From NCBI GenBank assembly GCA_965223335.1, contig OZ244991.1:1257856-1321855 (forward strand): 64,000 nt of DNA, read 5' to 3'. This DNA is from Thermodesulfobacteriota bacterium (GTDB lineage: Bacteria; Desulfobacterota_D; UBA1144; Nemesobacterales; UBA2774). Position numbers and translations under genes: made by a program. This document shows positions 19,497 through 28,860 of the stretch, piece after piece (the first letter of the stretch is position 1; every line of letters starts with the position of its first letter). The notes beneath the pieces were generated by a model. It did not search any database. It was not told where the DNA came from and was given only the letters and a program-made list of their open reading frames with translations.

Positions 19497-21215
19497 ATGG
19501 CGAAAACTAAATCGGCGAAAAAACCAAAGGATTTACGTCACCCCATAACCTATAAACGAGAGAACGGGAAGTTTGATGTCGAGTGGTACCTAAAGCAGGA
19601 TAGACATAACTGGGTTTTGCCCAAGGTGCTTCGTGTACAGGCAAAAAAGCTGGGCAAGAAACCTTTTTTACAGTTCGGTTACAAAAAACCACTCAGCTTT
19701 TATCAGACAAACCAGCTTGCCAATAAGATAGCAAACGGGCTGCTTGGACTCGGGTTAGAGAAAGGAGACAAGGTCGCCGTCTATATGCCCAACTCGGACG
19801 ACTACGTGATTACGTGGTTTGGGATCCTAAAAATGGGTGCTGTGATGGTGCCTATAAACACTGCCTACAAGATGGACTTTCTGCAGTACATAATAGACAG
19901 CTCTGATTCAAAGGTGCTGTTTATCGCCGAGGAGTACCTGGACCGGATGCCCCCGATTGCTAAAAAGCTGCCTCAGTTAAAGCATGTGGTGGTGTGGACG
20001 CGTAGCGGTGACACCAAGTTTAATCGCCATGGCTATAATTTTAAGAAGATGGTTTCTTACACAAAGTTTGTCGACTCTCAAAAAAGCGCCGAACCCCCAG
20101 TAGATATTACATTTATGGACTATGCAAGGCTTATGTACACCTCGGGCACAACAGGGCGGTCCAAGGGAGTGGTAAGGCCCTGTGCCGCAGACTATAGCAG
20201 TGCAAGGAACTATGCCGAGATAATGGACGTGGGGCCCGATGATGTGTGTTTTACTTGTCTGCCGCTCTTTCACTCAAACGCAATGGTAATGACCGTATAC
20301 CCAGCACTCATTAAAGGGGCCAAGGCCTTGGTCGAGGAGCGGTACAGCGCCAGTAAGTTTTGGAAGTGGATAAAGGACCATGGGGTTACCAAGTTCAATA
20401 TTGTAGGGAGCATGGCGTACTTTATGTGGAACACCCCCCCGGTGGAAGAGGAAAAGACACACAACGTAAAACTGGTTTTGGGCTCGCCCGCCCCCCACGA
20501 TATAATCGAGGATTTTATGAAGAGGTTTAACATCAAGTTTATGGAGGGCTACGGACTCACAGAGATCGGGCAGTGTACTTGGATGCGCCCCGGCGAGCCG
20601 TTTAGGGTGGGGTCGTGTGGTAAGGAAGCCCCGGGTTATGAGATAAAAGTGACTGACCCGGAAACAGACGAAGAGGTCGCGAGGGGGGAGATCGGGGAAA
20701 TTGTGGTAAGGCCTAGGATTCCCAACATAATGCTCCATTACTATCATAAGATGCCCGAGAAGACAGTGCAGGATTTTAGAAACTTCTGGTTCCATACCGG
20801 TGACGCCGGGCGTATGGACAAGCAGGGTTATATATATTTTGTAGACAGGGTCAAGGACTATATACGTCGGCGCGGCGAAAATATAAGTTCTTTTGAGGTC
20901 GAGAAGATTGTAAACTCCCACCCTGATGTAGCGGAGTCGGGTACTGTTGGGGTTAAGGCAGAGGGTGGGGGATATGCCGAGGACGAGGTCATGATCGTCG
21001 TTGTACCCGAAAAAGGCAGGAAAATAGACCCGGTTAAGCTCATGAAGTACCTAGAACCCAAGATGCCCCATTTCATGCTGCCTAGGTTTATCAGGTTTGA
21101 AAAATCACTACCTAAGACTGGCACGCAGCGTGTGCAGAAAAACAAGCTCAGGGAAAAGGGGATTACCAAAGACACATGGGACAGGGAAAAGGCCGGTTAC
21201 AAGATAAAGCGCTAG
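19497..21215 (+). CDS. AMP-dependent synthetase/ligase (acyl-CoA synthetase family)
   Basis: 572 aa. AMP-binding motif YTSGTTGRSKGV, motif II GYGLTE, and C-terminal ...GKIDPVKL... Good RBS GAGGAG. Confidence 0.85.
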   Translation: MAKTKSAKKPKDLRHPITYKRENGKFDVEWYLKQDRHNWVLPKVLRVQAKKLGKKPFLQFGYKKPLSFYQTNQLANKIANGLLGLGLEKGDKVAVYMPNSDDYVITWFGILKMGAVMVPINTAYKMDFLQYIIDSSDSKVLFIAEEYLDRMPPIAKKLPQLKHVVVWTRSGDTKFNRHGYNFKKMVSYTKFVDSQKSAEPPVDITFMDYARLMYTSGTTGRSKGVVRPCAADYSSARNYAEIMDVGPDDVCFTCLPLFHSNAMVMTVYPALIKGAKALVEERYSASKFWKWIKDHGVTKFNIVGSMAYFMWNTPPVEEEKTHNVKLVLGSPAPHDIIEDFMKRFNIKFMEGYGLTEIGQCTWMRPGEPFRVGSCGKEAPGYEIKVTDPETDEEVARGEIGEIVVRPRIPNIMLHYYHKMPEKTVQDFRNFWFHTGDAGRMDKQGYIYFVDRVKDYIRRRGENISSFEVEKIVNSHPDVAESGTVGVKAEGGGYAEDEVMIVVVPEKGRKIDPVKLMKYLEPKMPHFMLPRFIRFEKSLPKTGTQRVQKNKLREKGITKDTWDREKAGYKIKR

Positions 21216-21934
21216 TTTTTAAGCTCGGAGTTCTGTGAAACCGGGTCTAAGTGGTTTATTACTATCATCTCCGTGGCGTTTCGCAGAAACTCAAAGTTTG
21301 TGTTTGTGAGCTGGATTTGTAAGTTCGCTAAGTCACGATCCTGTATAAGTCGGTCGACATAGTTAGACCGTATACCCTGAAGATTAACTATGGGATATAT
21401 TCTGATCTCTCTACTTGTTATACGTAGCAGTTCCAAAACACTTCGCTTGTGAAAATCATAGTCCAGGTCATCTTCGTATAGAAAAAGCAGGTGAGAGACC
21501 AGTGTTATTGTATAGGTCTTTTTGCATAGCCCTGTGTCGGGAAGTGAAGAATTAATATAGTTGGCAGGTTCGTCTCTATAATGCTCCAGAAACAGTCTAC
21601 GCGCATCCCGGCGATATTCCCCGAGCTTATCTAAGTTTTTATAAAAGCCCCAGTTGTACATGTGTTTGAGACTCGACATCTGGGCCATCACGTTTATTAG
21701 GTCGGTTTTGCTCTTATCCTTAATTTTATTCATGGGGTGGGCATATATGGGGTCAAGTGCTGTAGCGTTAAGCCCCTGTGCCCGGGCTTCGGCACAGAAA
21801 GAGCTTACCCCGGCACCTACGTCTAGAATTTTTTCGCCCTCTAATTCATCTGTGTTGAGTCCGAAGAACCACGAGTATTCCGAGTAGGTTCTGCCGATGA
21901 GCGCAACATCATCAAGCACAAGCGCATCTCTCAT
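21212..21934 (-). CDS. class I SAM-dependent methyltransferase
   Basis: Motif I ILDVGAGVSSF. I set the start at ATG 21934 (MRDALVLDD...). The ORF-track N-terminal extension to 22336 is low-complexity and runs through the divergent promoter region. The stop overlaps the convergent acyl-CoA synthetase stop. Confidence 0.6.
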   Translation of the reverse strand: MRDALVLDDVALIGRTYSEYSWFFGLNTDELEGEKILDVGAGVSSFCAEARAQGLNATALDPIYAHPMNKIKDKSKTDLINVMAQMSSLKHMYNWGFYKNLDKLGEYRRDARRLFLEHYRDEPANYINSSLPDTGLCKKTYTITLVSHLLFLYEDDLDYDFHKRSVLELLRITSREIRIYPIVNLQGIRSNYVDRLIQDRDLANLQIQLTNTNFEFLRNATEMIVINHLDPVSQNSELKN

Positions 21935-22073
21935 GATTCGTTCGATTATGAGCAATATTATGTAAAACTCAACTGAAACGTATCGCGTGTGTTTCTTTTC
22001 GCATGAACAAATAAGTTGTATAATCAGCCAGAGTTTATTACTTAGTTTTATTACTTGGGGGGAGGTAATAGAT

Positions 22074-22760
22074 ATGAAACTGGAAAATGAAAAGGGGTTG
22101 AAATACATATTGTATACATCCACAAAATATAAAATGTTCAATTTTATGATCTCCATAATGCTGCTGCTAATACTGTCTTCATTCGTGGACCGGACCACAT
22201 ATGGGTTCATTGTATTAAATGTCATAAGCAGCATTGTGTTTATATTCGGTGTGTATGCTGTAGCCAAGTCTCGCAGGAGTTTGATTATTCTGCTTGTACT
22301 TGGTGTGCCCTGGTTGGTATCGGAATGGTTCTTCACCAGGTCGTCAGAAACAATATTTGTGGGTGTTCTGTTTTTTCTCTATGTTACCGTCACAATACTC
22401 GATCATATACTAAAAACAGAAGAGGTTACTGCCGATACTCTGTATGGGGCAGTGTGCGTCTATCTGCTGCTCGGAATATTATGGGCAACGGTTTACTTGT
22501 TTATAGATTACCTTACCCCGGAGCCGCTGTTTATGGGCTCAGCAGTCACAAGCGGTGAGTCTGTGTATGCAAAGGACCTGCTCTACTATAGCTATACTAC
22601 ACTTACAACACTGGGTTATGGAGATATAACATCCGTCTCCCCGGAAGCACGGATAATATCGGTTCTGGAAGCGATTATAGGTCAGTTGTACATCGCATTT
22701 CTCGTTGCAAGGTTTGTTAGTATCTATACTGCAAATGCAATGCGTAAGGGTGTAAGCTAA
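22074..22760 (+). CDS. potassium channel protein (6-TM pore-only channel, TxGYGD selectivity filter)
   Basis: GGAGG RBS at 22061-22065 before the ATG at 22074. Pore helix plus filter YSYTTLTTLGYGDITS. About six hydrophobic helices. No RCK domain, and no arginines in helix 4. Confidence 0.75.
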   Translation: MKLENEKGLKYILYTSTKYKMFNFMISIMLLLILSSFVDRTTYGFIVLNVISSIVFIFGVYAVAKSRRSLIILLVLGVPWLVSEWFFTRSSETIFVGVLFFLYVTVTILDHILKTEEVTADTLYGAVCVYLLLGILWATVYLFIDYLTPEPLFMGSAVTSGESVYAKDLLYYSYTTLTTLGYGDITSVSPEARIISVLEAIIGQLYIAFLVARFVSIYTANAMRKGVS

Positions 22761-22763
22761 GAG

Positions 22764-23360
22764 CTATTGTTGTATCAAGCCGTATCCGAAGAGCAGGTAG
22801 TTGAGTTTCACAATCCAGGCCGATATGATCACGAGCCAAAACACAGGTAGAGGGAACTGTTTTACACCACAGGCGGCGAACATGAAGTCAAAGGGTATGG
22901 GGGAGGCCGTGCCCAAAAACAGTATTAGGCTAACTACATGCATCGACCGGCCCTCGGTCCATTTGTGGTTCTCTATGTTGGGGAAGTGTCTTTTTACGAA
23001 TTGTGTTCTGCCGAAGTACCTGCCAAGCATATATGTTAATGTACCGCCGGTTGCGGCACCCGTGGCCATGATAATGACGAGTCTTACCTTCTCGTACCCG
23101 AGCATTGTACCGAAGATCGCATAGACCCAAACAGGTAGTGCTATAGGAGTGCTGCTGATAGAGGTCATCAGATAAAGAAATATATCGAACCTCTCCTGCC
23201 CGTACTTATGGAACAGCATCTCACCCAAGCGGAGGGCATCCTGGCGGAAGTAAAGGGGGACGAATATACTCGCAGCAATCAATAATACGGTAAAGAGCAC
23301 ACCGTAGCTTAGCGAGTTTTTGATATATCCCAGACCGTTAACTGTTTTTTTGATGAGCAT
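22764..23360 (-). CDS. DedA/VTT-domain (TVP38/SNARE-associated) family membrane protein
   Basis: 198-aa polytopic membrane protein with a region like the DedA core, YLMTSISSTPIALPVWVYAIFGTMLGY. Confidence 0.55.
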   Translation of the reverse strand: MLIKKTVNGLGYIKNSLSYGVLFTVLLIAASIFVPLYFRQDALRLGEMLFHKYGQERFDIFLYLMTSISSTPIALPVWVYAIFGTMLGYEKVRLVIIMATGAATGGTLTYMLGRYFGRTQFVKRHFPNIENHKWTEGRSMHVVSLILFLGTASPIPFDFMFAACGVKQFPLPVFWLVIISAWIVKLNYLLFGYGLIQQ

Positions 23361-23499
23361 TTGATAGGCTTAAATAAACGCATAGCAATATATCATATTA
23401 TGGAATTTTATTATACTCAGAGGTAATTGTAGGAATAGTTGAGATGATATTATTTTTTTGAATTAAGCAGTGAAAATAGACTTGTTGTAATGGTTGTTA

Positions 23500-24645
23500 T
23501 TAAGATTGCAGCGTGTTACATGCAGACCTTATAATATCGACTGCAGTGTCTACCTCTTCTACGGTGTTTTCGACTGAGAAGCTAAACCTGATACTAGAGT
23601 AGGCCTGCTCGTCTGTAAGGCCCATGGCCTTTAGCACATAAGACGGGGCGACCTCGAAGTTGGTGCATGCCGAGCTTTGCGAGCACCTTACCCCTTTTTC
23701 ATCGAGTATCTTTATAAGCAGTTTCCCGTCAATGCCCTCGAACCGTATATTGGTTGTGTTGCAAACCCTGTTCTTTGTATCGCCGTTTACTACGGTGCCG
23801 GGTATGAAATCGAGCACCATGGACTCAAAACGGTTTCTTAGTTCTCGCATCGATGCGATGAGCCGGGTTATATCTCTTTTGCGAATCTCTGCGGCTTTTC
23901 CCATACCCACGATCCCAGGGACGTTCTCTGTGCTAGGACGAAAGCCCTCTTCCTGGAACCCGCCGAACATCATGGGTGCAAGCTGGTACTTCTCCTTACA
24001 CGCAATCGAGCCTATGCCCTGAGGGGAATGGAATTTGTGTCCCGTAACAGACATAAGGTCTATGGGGAGGGTGCTTATATCCATCTCGATTTTACCGACG
24101 GCCTGTGCGGCGTCGGTGTGAAACATAATATTGTTATCCTTGCAGATTTGCCCAATGGTCTGGATCGGCTGGATCACACCGGTTTCGTTATTAACCCATT
24201 GTACGGACACGAGTACAGTGTCTTTGTTTATAGCGTCTTCTAATTCGTTTAGGTCCAGGTGGCCTTTGTGGTCTACGCCTATTATCGCGATATCTACACC
24301 GTTTAGATCTAGGTAGCTGCACATTTTTTGGATTGACGAGTGCTCGACCGAGGTTGTGATGACCCTGCAGTTGTTGTTCTTGGCCCTTGTGCACGAGTAA
24401 AATGCCATGTTGTTGGCTTCTGTGCCCGAGCTTGTAAACACTATGTTTCTCGGATTCCGGACACCGATCAGCTCTGCGAGTGAGCGGCGGGCCTCGCGTA
24501 TAAAGCCACGAGCACGCTCGCCAGTGGAATGAGCGCTCGAGGGGTTTCCAAACTCGTCTCCGAGTACCCTAAGCATTGCCTCCCTAACCTCTGGAAGGGG
24601 CCTTGTGGTCGCATTGTTGTCGAAATATATCTCGGTGTGTTCCAT
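23500..24645 (-). CDS. cysteine desulfurase (NifS/IscS class V aminotransferase)
   Basis: 381 aa. N-terminal YFDNNATT. PLP-lysine context SVTGHKFHSPQGIG. C-terminal active-site Cys region RCSQSSACTN. No iscU/nifU is adjacent. Confidence 0.9.
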   Translation of the reverse strand: MEHTEIYFDNNATTRPLPEVREAMLRVLGDEFGNPSSAHSTGERARGFIREARRSLAELIGVRNPRNIVFTSSGTEANNMAFYSCTRAKNNNCRVITTSVEHSSIQKMCSYLDLNGVDIAIIGVDHKGHLDLNELEDAINKDTVLVSVQWVNNETGVIQPIQTIGQICKDNNIMFHTDAAQAVGKIEMDISTLPIDLMSVTGHKFHSPQGIGSIACKEKYQLAPMMFGGFQEEGFRPSTENVPGIVGMGKAAEIRKRDITRLIASMRELRNRFESMVLDFIPGTVVNGDTKNRVCNTTNIRFEGIDGKLLIKILDEKGVRCSQSSACTNFEVAPSYVLKAMGLTDEQAYSSIRFSFSVENTVEEVDTAVDIIRSACNTLQS

Positions 24646-24705
24646 AACCCAAACCTGACTCCATTATAATACACGATTTGTAGTATATATATGTATTAGA
24701 TGGGG

Positions 24706-25098
24706 CTAGTTAGTGGTGCTGTCGTACTCTTTTTGAGTCATGATTGTTATGCAGGGCCTGTCATCGTCCTGAGTTAGGGGGCCCAGGTACGATAGCAACT
24801 GAACCTCTTCGGGTTTATTATCCTTAGCGAACTGTACGGGGAAAAATATTAAGTTCGATGTGCTTGTCTGGCGGTGCACCCTTATGAAATATTGCAGTCT
24901 GTCTATAATGGTTCTAACACGCTTTTTTTCATGTTCCTCATCATCCTGCTCTTGGGTGTCTGAGGCGACCCAGTTGGTCCATATCTCCTCTGTTAGGTAT
25001 ACGGGAATCAGCAGTCCTGCCTCTCTGGCAACATTCGTAACGTCTTTAAGCCTTGTTGTGACGACTCTGTCGTCTTTTTCGTTGTTTTCTTTGTTCAT
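24706..25098 (-). CDS. hypothetical acidic protein, no recognisable family
   Basis: 130 aa with varied composition, between the secreted ALDC-cyclase fusion gene and nifS on the same strand (21-nt and 60-nt gaps). Confidence 0.4.
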   Translation of the reverse strand: MNKENNEKDDRVVTTRLKDVTNVAREAGLLIPVYLTEEIWTNWVASDTQEQDDEEHEKKRVRTIIDRLQYFIRVHRQTSTSNLIFFPVQFAKDNKPEEVQLLSYLGPLTQDDDRPCITIMTQKEYDSTTN

Positions 25099-25119
25099 GA
25101 TATTCTCCCAATTAATTTT

Positions 25120-26595
25120 TTAGCTGTCAGGTACAAGCGCAATAATCCTAAGCGGCCCACCGCTGCCTCCCTTTATTTTCATGGGCAGTGCGATAACCAG
25201 GGCCCCTTTTGCGGGCAGTAAATCAAGATTATTTACGTTTTCAAAGGCCGGGATGTTGGCTTCGAAAAGGATCTGGTGAGTCTCAAAGAGTACGGACTGG
25301 CCGTAGTCAATGCTCGGGGTGTCGAGCCCCACAGCCCCTATCTTTCTTTCACTCACCAACCACTCGGCAGCCTCGGGCGATAGCCCTGGGAAATGCAGGT
25401 CCCCGACCGCATCGGGGCCGCGTTTATCCGTGCCCATATATTTTACTCTATCGGGCCAGTAGCGTGCAGAACCGGTATTTAGCAGTAAAATGGCACCGTC
25501 TGGGATCTGGCCGTGCACTGCTTCCCAGTCCATAAGGTCCTTTGCACTGACCTCGTAATCGCGATTGGAGAGGGAAGTGTTAGATACATCGACCACAACC
25601 GCCGGCCCTAACATATTCTCAATCGGGATCTGGTCGACGCTCTGTTTACCCTCTGCAAAGTGTACGGGGGCGTCGATGTGTGTACCGCCGTGCTCGGCAG
25701 CAGAGAAGTTATATGCAGAGTAAAAATAACCCTTATCGGTTACACCGTCGAAAACGGTCTGCTTTTTAAACTCCTCGGCTGTAGGCCAGTACACAGTGTC
25801 TTTGGAAAAATTGTGTGACATGTCTATCCACTTGCCAGAGGGGAACTTTAACTTGCCGGTCTTAAATACTGCCGACTCATAGTCTTTTGTGGCTTGAAGG
25901 CTTATATCTATATTTCTGCTTATGTCCACACCTACCTCTGCCTCTTTGATATCACAGTCCAATACGTGCCCGCCCGTGGTCTTGTCTGTTGTAATGTAGT
26001 GAAAGTGGAACCCGGTGGTGTTTATATCCTTCATAAACCCAGGCATCCAGTACCCGACCATAGTACCGGTGGTGTCGTTGAACTCGAACTTATGTTCCTC
26101 TTTTATTACATCGCCAAGCGACGGGTAGGGAGTCTGTTGTGCGGGCACACTGCGTGCGTGTACAAAGTTGAATATGCCTTTGACCATTATGGCATAGGGC
26201 AGGTTGGCTGAGGGTAGTTCGGATTGTACAAGTTTATAGAGCTGGTCGCAGCTTGTCGGTTTGTCTATTTTGAGAGTTTGGTCGGGATTAAAAAACGTTA
26301 CGACTGCAAAGGGGGTTTTGGTGTTGTCCTCGACTATGTGCATTTTGCCGTCTGAGGTGACTTGATAGAAAATGCCGTCTAGTCCTACGAGTTCCCCGTC
26401 GAGTTTGTTCAGCGTGCCTAGTCCGAAATCCCCATGAGTTTTTAGTTCGCCAAACGTCATATTGCCGTCATATAAACCGTGTTTAAGTGCTGTGATTGTA
26501 GAGGTCTGGAATATCGAGTCTTTGTCTGCTGCACCTGCTTCCAGAACACTAAGCGTCAAATAAAATCCAAACATGACAATAAAAATTAATCTCAT
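25120..26595 (-). CDS. secreted fusion protein: alpha-acetolactate decarboxylase-like domain + cyclase (kynurenine formamidase-like) domain
   Basis: Signal peptide MRLIFIVMFGFYLTLSVLEAGAAD. Residues ~25-245 align by eye with ALDC (IFQTSTITALKHGLYDGNMTFGELKTHGDFGLGT...KTPFAVVTFF...GFHFHYITTDKTTGGHV, including the Zn-ligand HxH...H). Residues ~260-491 carry the cyclase-family motif HGGTHIDAPVHF and ...LDTPSID... Confidence 0.75.
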   Translation of the reverse strand: MRLIFIVMFGFYLTLSVLEAGAADKDSIFQTSTITALKHGLYDGNMTFGELKTHGDFGLGTLNKLDGELVGLDGIFYQVTSDGKMHIVEDNTKTPFAVVTFFNPDQTLKIDKPTSCDQLYKLVQSELPSANLPYAIMVKGIFNFVHARSVPAQQTPYPSLGDVIKEEHKFEFNDTTGTMVGYWMPGFMKDINTTGFHFHYITTDKTTGGHVLDCDIKEAEVGVDISRNIDISLQATKDYESAVFKTGKLKFPSGKWIDMSHNFSKDTVYWPTAEEFKKQTVFDGVTDKGYFYSAYNFSAAEHGGTHIDAPVHFAEGKQSVDQIPIENMLGPAVVVDVSNTSLSNRDYEVSAKDLMDWEAVHGQIPDGAILLLNTGSARYWPDRVKYMGTDKRGPDAVGDLHFPGLSPEAAEWLVSERKIGAVGLDTPSIDYGQSVLFETHQILFEANIPAFENVNNLDLLPAKGALVIALPMKIKGGSGGPLRIIALVPDS

Positions 26596-26613
26596 GGTTT
26601 CTGCTCCCCCTGA

Positions 26614-27153
26614 CTAGTTGTCCCCGGTCTCGTGTGTTATTCTTACGTACTCTTTATCTGTAACTATATCCGAGTTGTCATCTATGCGGTCCAAAAACAC
26701 AATCCCCTCGATATGATCGAATTCGTGTTGGAAGATGCGTGCTATAAACCCCTCGAATTCGTCTTCTATGGACTCACCATCCAGGGTCTCGTACTTTGCT
26801 CTGATCGAAGTGAATCTGGGCACGAGTGCTCGGATACCCGGGATACTTAAACAGCCCTCCCAGTCTTTTACCAATTCTTCTGAGTACGAGATGATTTCGG
26901 GGTTAATAATGGCTGTGGGTTCCATCTCGGGTGCGTTTGGATAGCGCTCATTAGGATTGGATGAGATGATGAATACTCTCTTGGACTGATAGACCTGAGG
27001 TGCTGCAATTCCCACACCGTTATTGTGCTCAGCGGTTACAATCATGTCCTGTATGAGCTCGGCTAATTCCGGGTCACCTGTGTCGTGTACCTGCTTTGCT
27101 TTATCGCGTAACACAGGGTGGCCGAGCTCGGCTATTTCTAGAATCTTCGGCAT
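26614..27153 (-). CDS. def: peptide deformylase
   Basis: Motifs GVGIAAPQV, EGCLSIPG and HEFDHIEG. I set the start at the conserved MPKILEIAELGHP (27153). The ORF-track start at 27180 adds 9 residues. Confidence 0.9.
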   Translation of the reverse strand: MPKILEIAELGHPVLRDKAKQVHDTGDPELAELIQDMIVTAEHNNGVGIAAPQVYQSKRVFIISSNPNERYPNAPEMEPTAIINPEIISYSEELVKDWEGCLSIPGIRALVPRFTSIRAKYETLDGESIEDEFEGFIARIFQHEFDHIEGIVFLDRIDDNSDIVTDKEYVRITHETGDN

Positions 27154-27253
27154 AGTTATAGTCGATCTGATGCGTTGCAACTGACGTTGCTAAAATGCAT
27201 AGATGAATAGATGGAGTTATTATAATCTAATATCAGATTAACCAGAAGTAATT

Positions 27254-28771
27254 ATGAACATAGATAACCCGTGTTCGGGCATAGAGATAGTTGATAGGGG
27301 TTTTGATGTAAGAAATCGCATAGCGCTTGTGGATGGGGCGGGAGAATATAGCTATGCCGAGCTCCTGGATTCATCCTTAAAAATTGCGTGTGCCTTACTC
27401 GATCAAGAGCAAGACTTAAACGGCAGCAGGGTCGCGTTTATAGTGCCCCCGAGCTTTCAATATGCCGCGGTGCTCTGGGGTATATGGCGCGCAGGAGGGG
27501 TTGCGGTGCCCCTTTGCGTTACACACCCGGACCCTGAGCTCGACTATGTAATAAGGGACTCAGATGCAGACTGCGTGATTGCAAGCGGGGAGTATTATGC
27601 GCGCATAAAGAGCATCGTAAAAGGCCGCCGTGTGCTTGAGTCCGATCATCTCGATAAGCCCGTTGCTATAGCAACCGAGCTTCCCCAAATAAACCAATGC
27701 CGAAGCGCCCTCATCATATACACCAGCGGGACTACGGCACAGCCCAAGGGAGTTGTATCCACCCACCAGATAATAAAGGCACAGGTGCTTGCACTTGTGG
27801 AGGCCTGGGGTTGGGCCGAGCACGATTATATACTCAACACTCTTCCTCTACATCACCTGCACGGGATCGTAAACGCCTTCCTATGTGCAATGTGGTCGGG
27901 TGCCAAGTGTGAGTTTCTTCCAAGGTTCGATGCCCAGGAGGTATGGTCCAGGTTTGTTGACTGCAACTACACGCTGTATATGGCTGTGCCCACAATCTAC
28001 TCGAAATTAATTGAGGTTTGGGAGGGGGCATCACCAGACAACCAAGAGTTAATGAGTAAGGCGTGCGGGCGTATGCGAGTGATGATCTCGGGGTCGGCTG
28101 CACTGCCCGTAAGCACTTTAGAGCGATGGGAAGAGATTAGTGGGCAGGTGTTGTTGGAGCGATACGGGATGACTGAAATCGGGATAGTCCTCTCTAACCC
28201 TTTAGTGGGTAAAAGGGTGGCGGGCCATGTGGGTAAGCCGCTAAGAGGCGTGCTGGTAAAAATTGTGGACGATAAATATGCAGAGGTCAGCGGTACTGAG
28301 CCCGGTGAGCTATTGGTAAAAAGTCCCACAGTGTTCCTTAAGTACTGGCAGAAGCCCGATGCGTCAAGTGATGCGTTTACAGAGGACGGATGGTTTAAGA
28401 CCGGGGACATTGCTGCAGAAAATGAGGATGGGGATTACAAGATACTTGGCAGAAGCTCGGTAGATATCATTAAAACAGGTGGTTATAAAGTCTCGGCGCT
28501 TGAGATCGAGGATGTTTTACGACACCACCCGGCAATTAGCGAGTGTGCTGTGGTTGGTATTCCCGACGACACATGGGGCGAGGTTGTTTGCGCGGCATTG
28601 TTTTTGAATCCCGACCGAACTGTTTCACCAAAGGCCCTTGGGGACTGGTGCAAGGAGAGAATTGCATCGTACAAAATCCCAAGATTCATAAGGGTTGTGG
28701 AGAGCCTGCCCAAAAACGCCATGGGTAAGGTTACGAAACCAAGTCTCAAAAAGTTGTTCGATAACGAATAA
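27254..28771 (+). CDS. AMP-binding acyl-CoA synthetase/ligase family protein
   Basis: 505 aa. YTSGTTAQPKGV, YGMTEIG and a conserved C-terminal lysine region (GKVTKPSL). Confidence 0.8.
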   Translation: MNIDNPCSGIEIVDRGFDVRNRIALVDGAGEYSYAELLDSSLKIACALLDQEQDLNGSRVAFIVPPSFQYAAVLWGIWRAGGVAVPLCVTHPDPELDYVIRDSDADCVIASGEYYARIKSIVKGRRVLESDHLDKPVAIATELPQINQCRSALIIYTSGTTAQPKGVVSTHQIIKAQVLALVEAWGWAEHDYILNTLPLHHLHGIVNAFLCAMWSGAKCEFLPRFDAQEVWSRFVDCNYTLYMAVPTIYSKLIEVWEGASPDNQELMSKACGRMRVMISGSAALPVSTLERWEEISGQVLLERYGMTEIGIVLSNPLVGKRVAGHVGKPLRGVLVKIVDDKYAEVSGTEPGELLVKSPTVFLKYWQKPDASSDAFTEDGWFKTGDIAAENEDGDYKILGRSSVDIIKTGGYKVSALEIEDVLRHHPAISECAVVGIPDDTWGEVVCAALFLNPDRTVSPKALGDWCKERIASYKIPRFIRVVESLPKNAMGKVTKPSLKKLFDNE

Positions 28772-28860
28772 TTGTGTCAATACAGGACTATACGCAGCAT
28801 CCGGACCTGGGGCTGCGACGCTCAGTTGAAATTGGATTCGGGATAATGCAGTCTATTAAT

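Noticed and set aside
20274-20921. 215-aa ORF antisense to the acyl-CoA synthetase gene
   Set aside because: Off-frame artefact. The plus strand encodes the intact AMP-binding motifs.
21935-22336. ORF-track N-terminal extensions of the methyltransferase (to 22336) and of the K+ channel (from 21987)
   Set aside because: Both extensions read through the shared divergent promoter region and have low-complexity sequence. Internal ATGs with a conserved motif I (MTase) or a GGAGG RBS (channel) give shorter, more credible genes.
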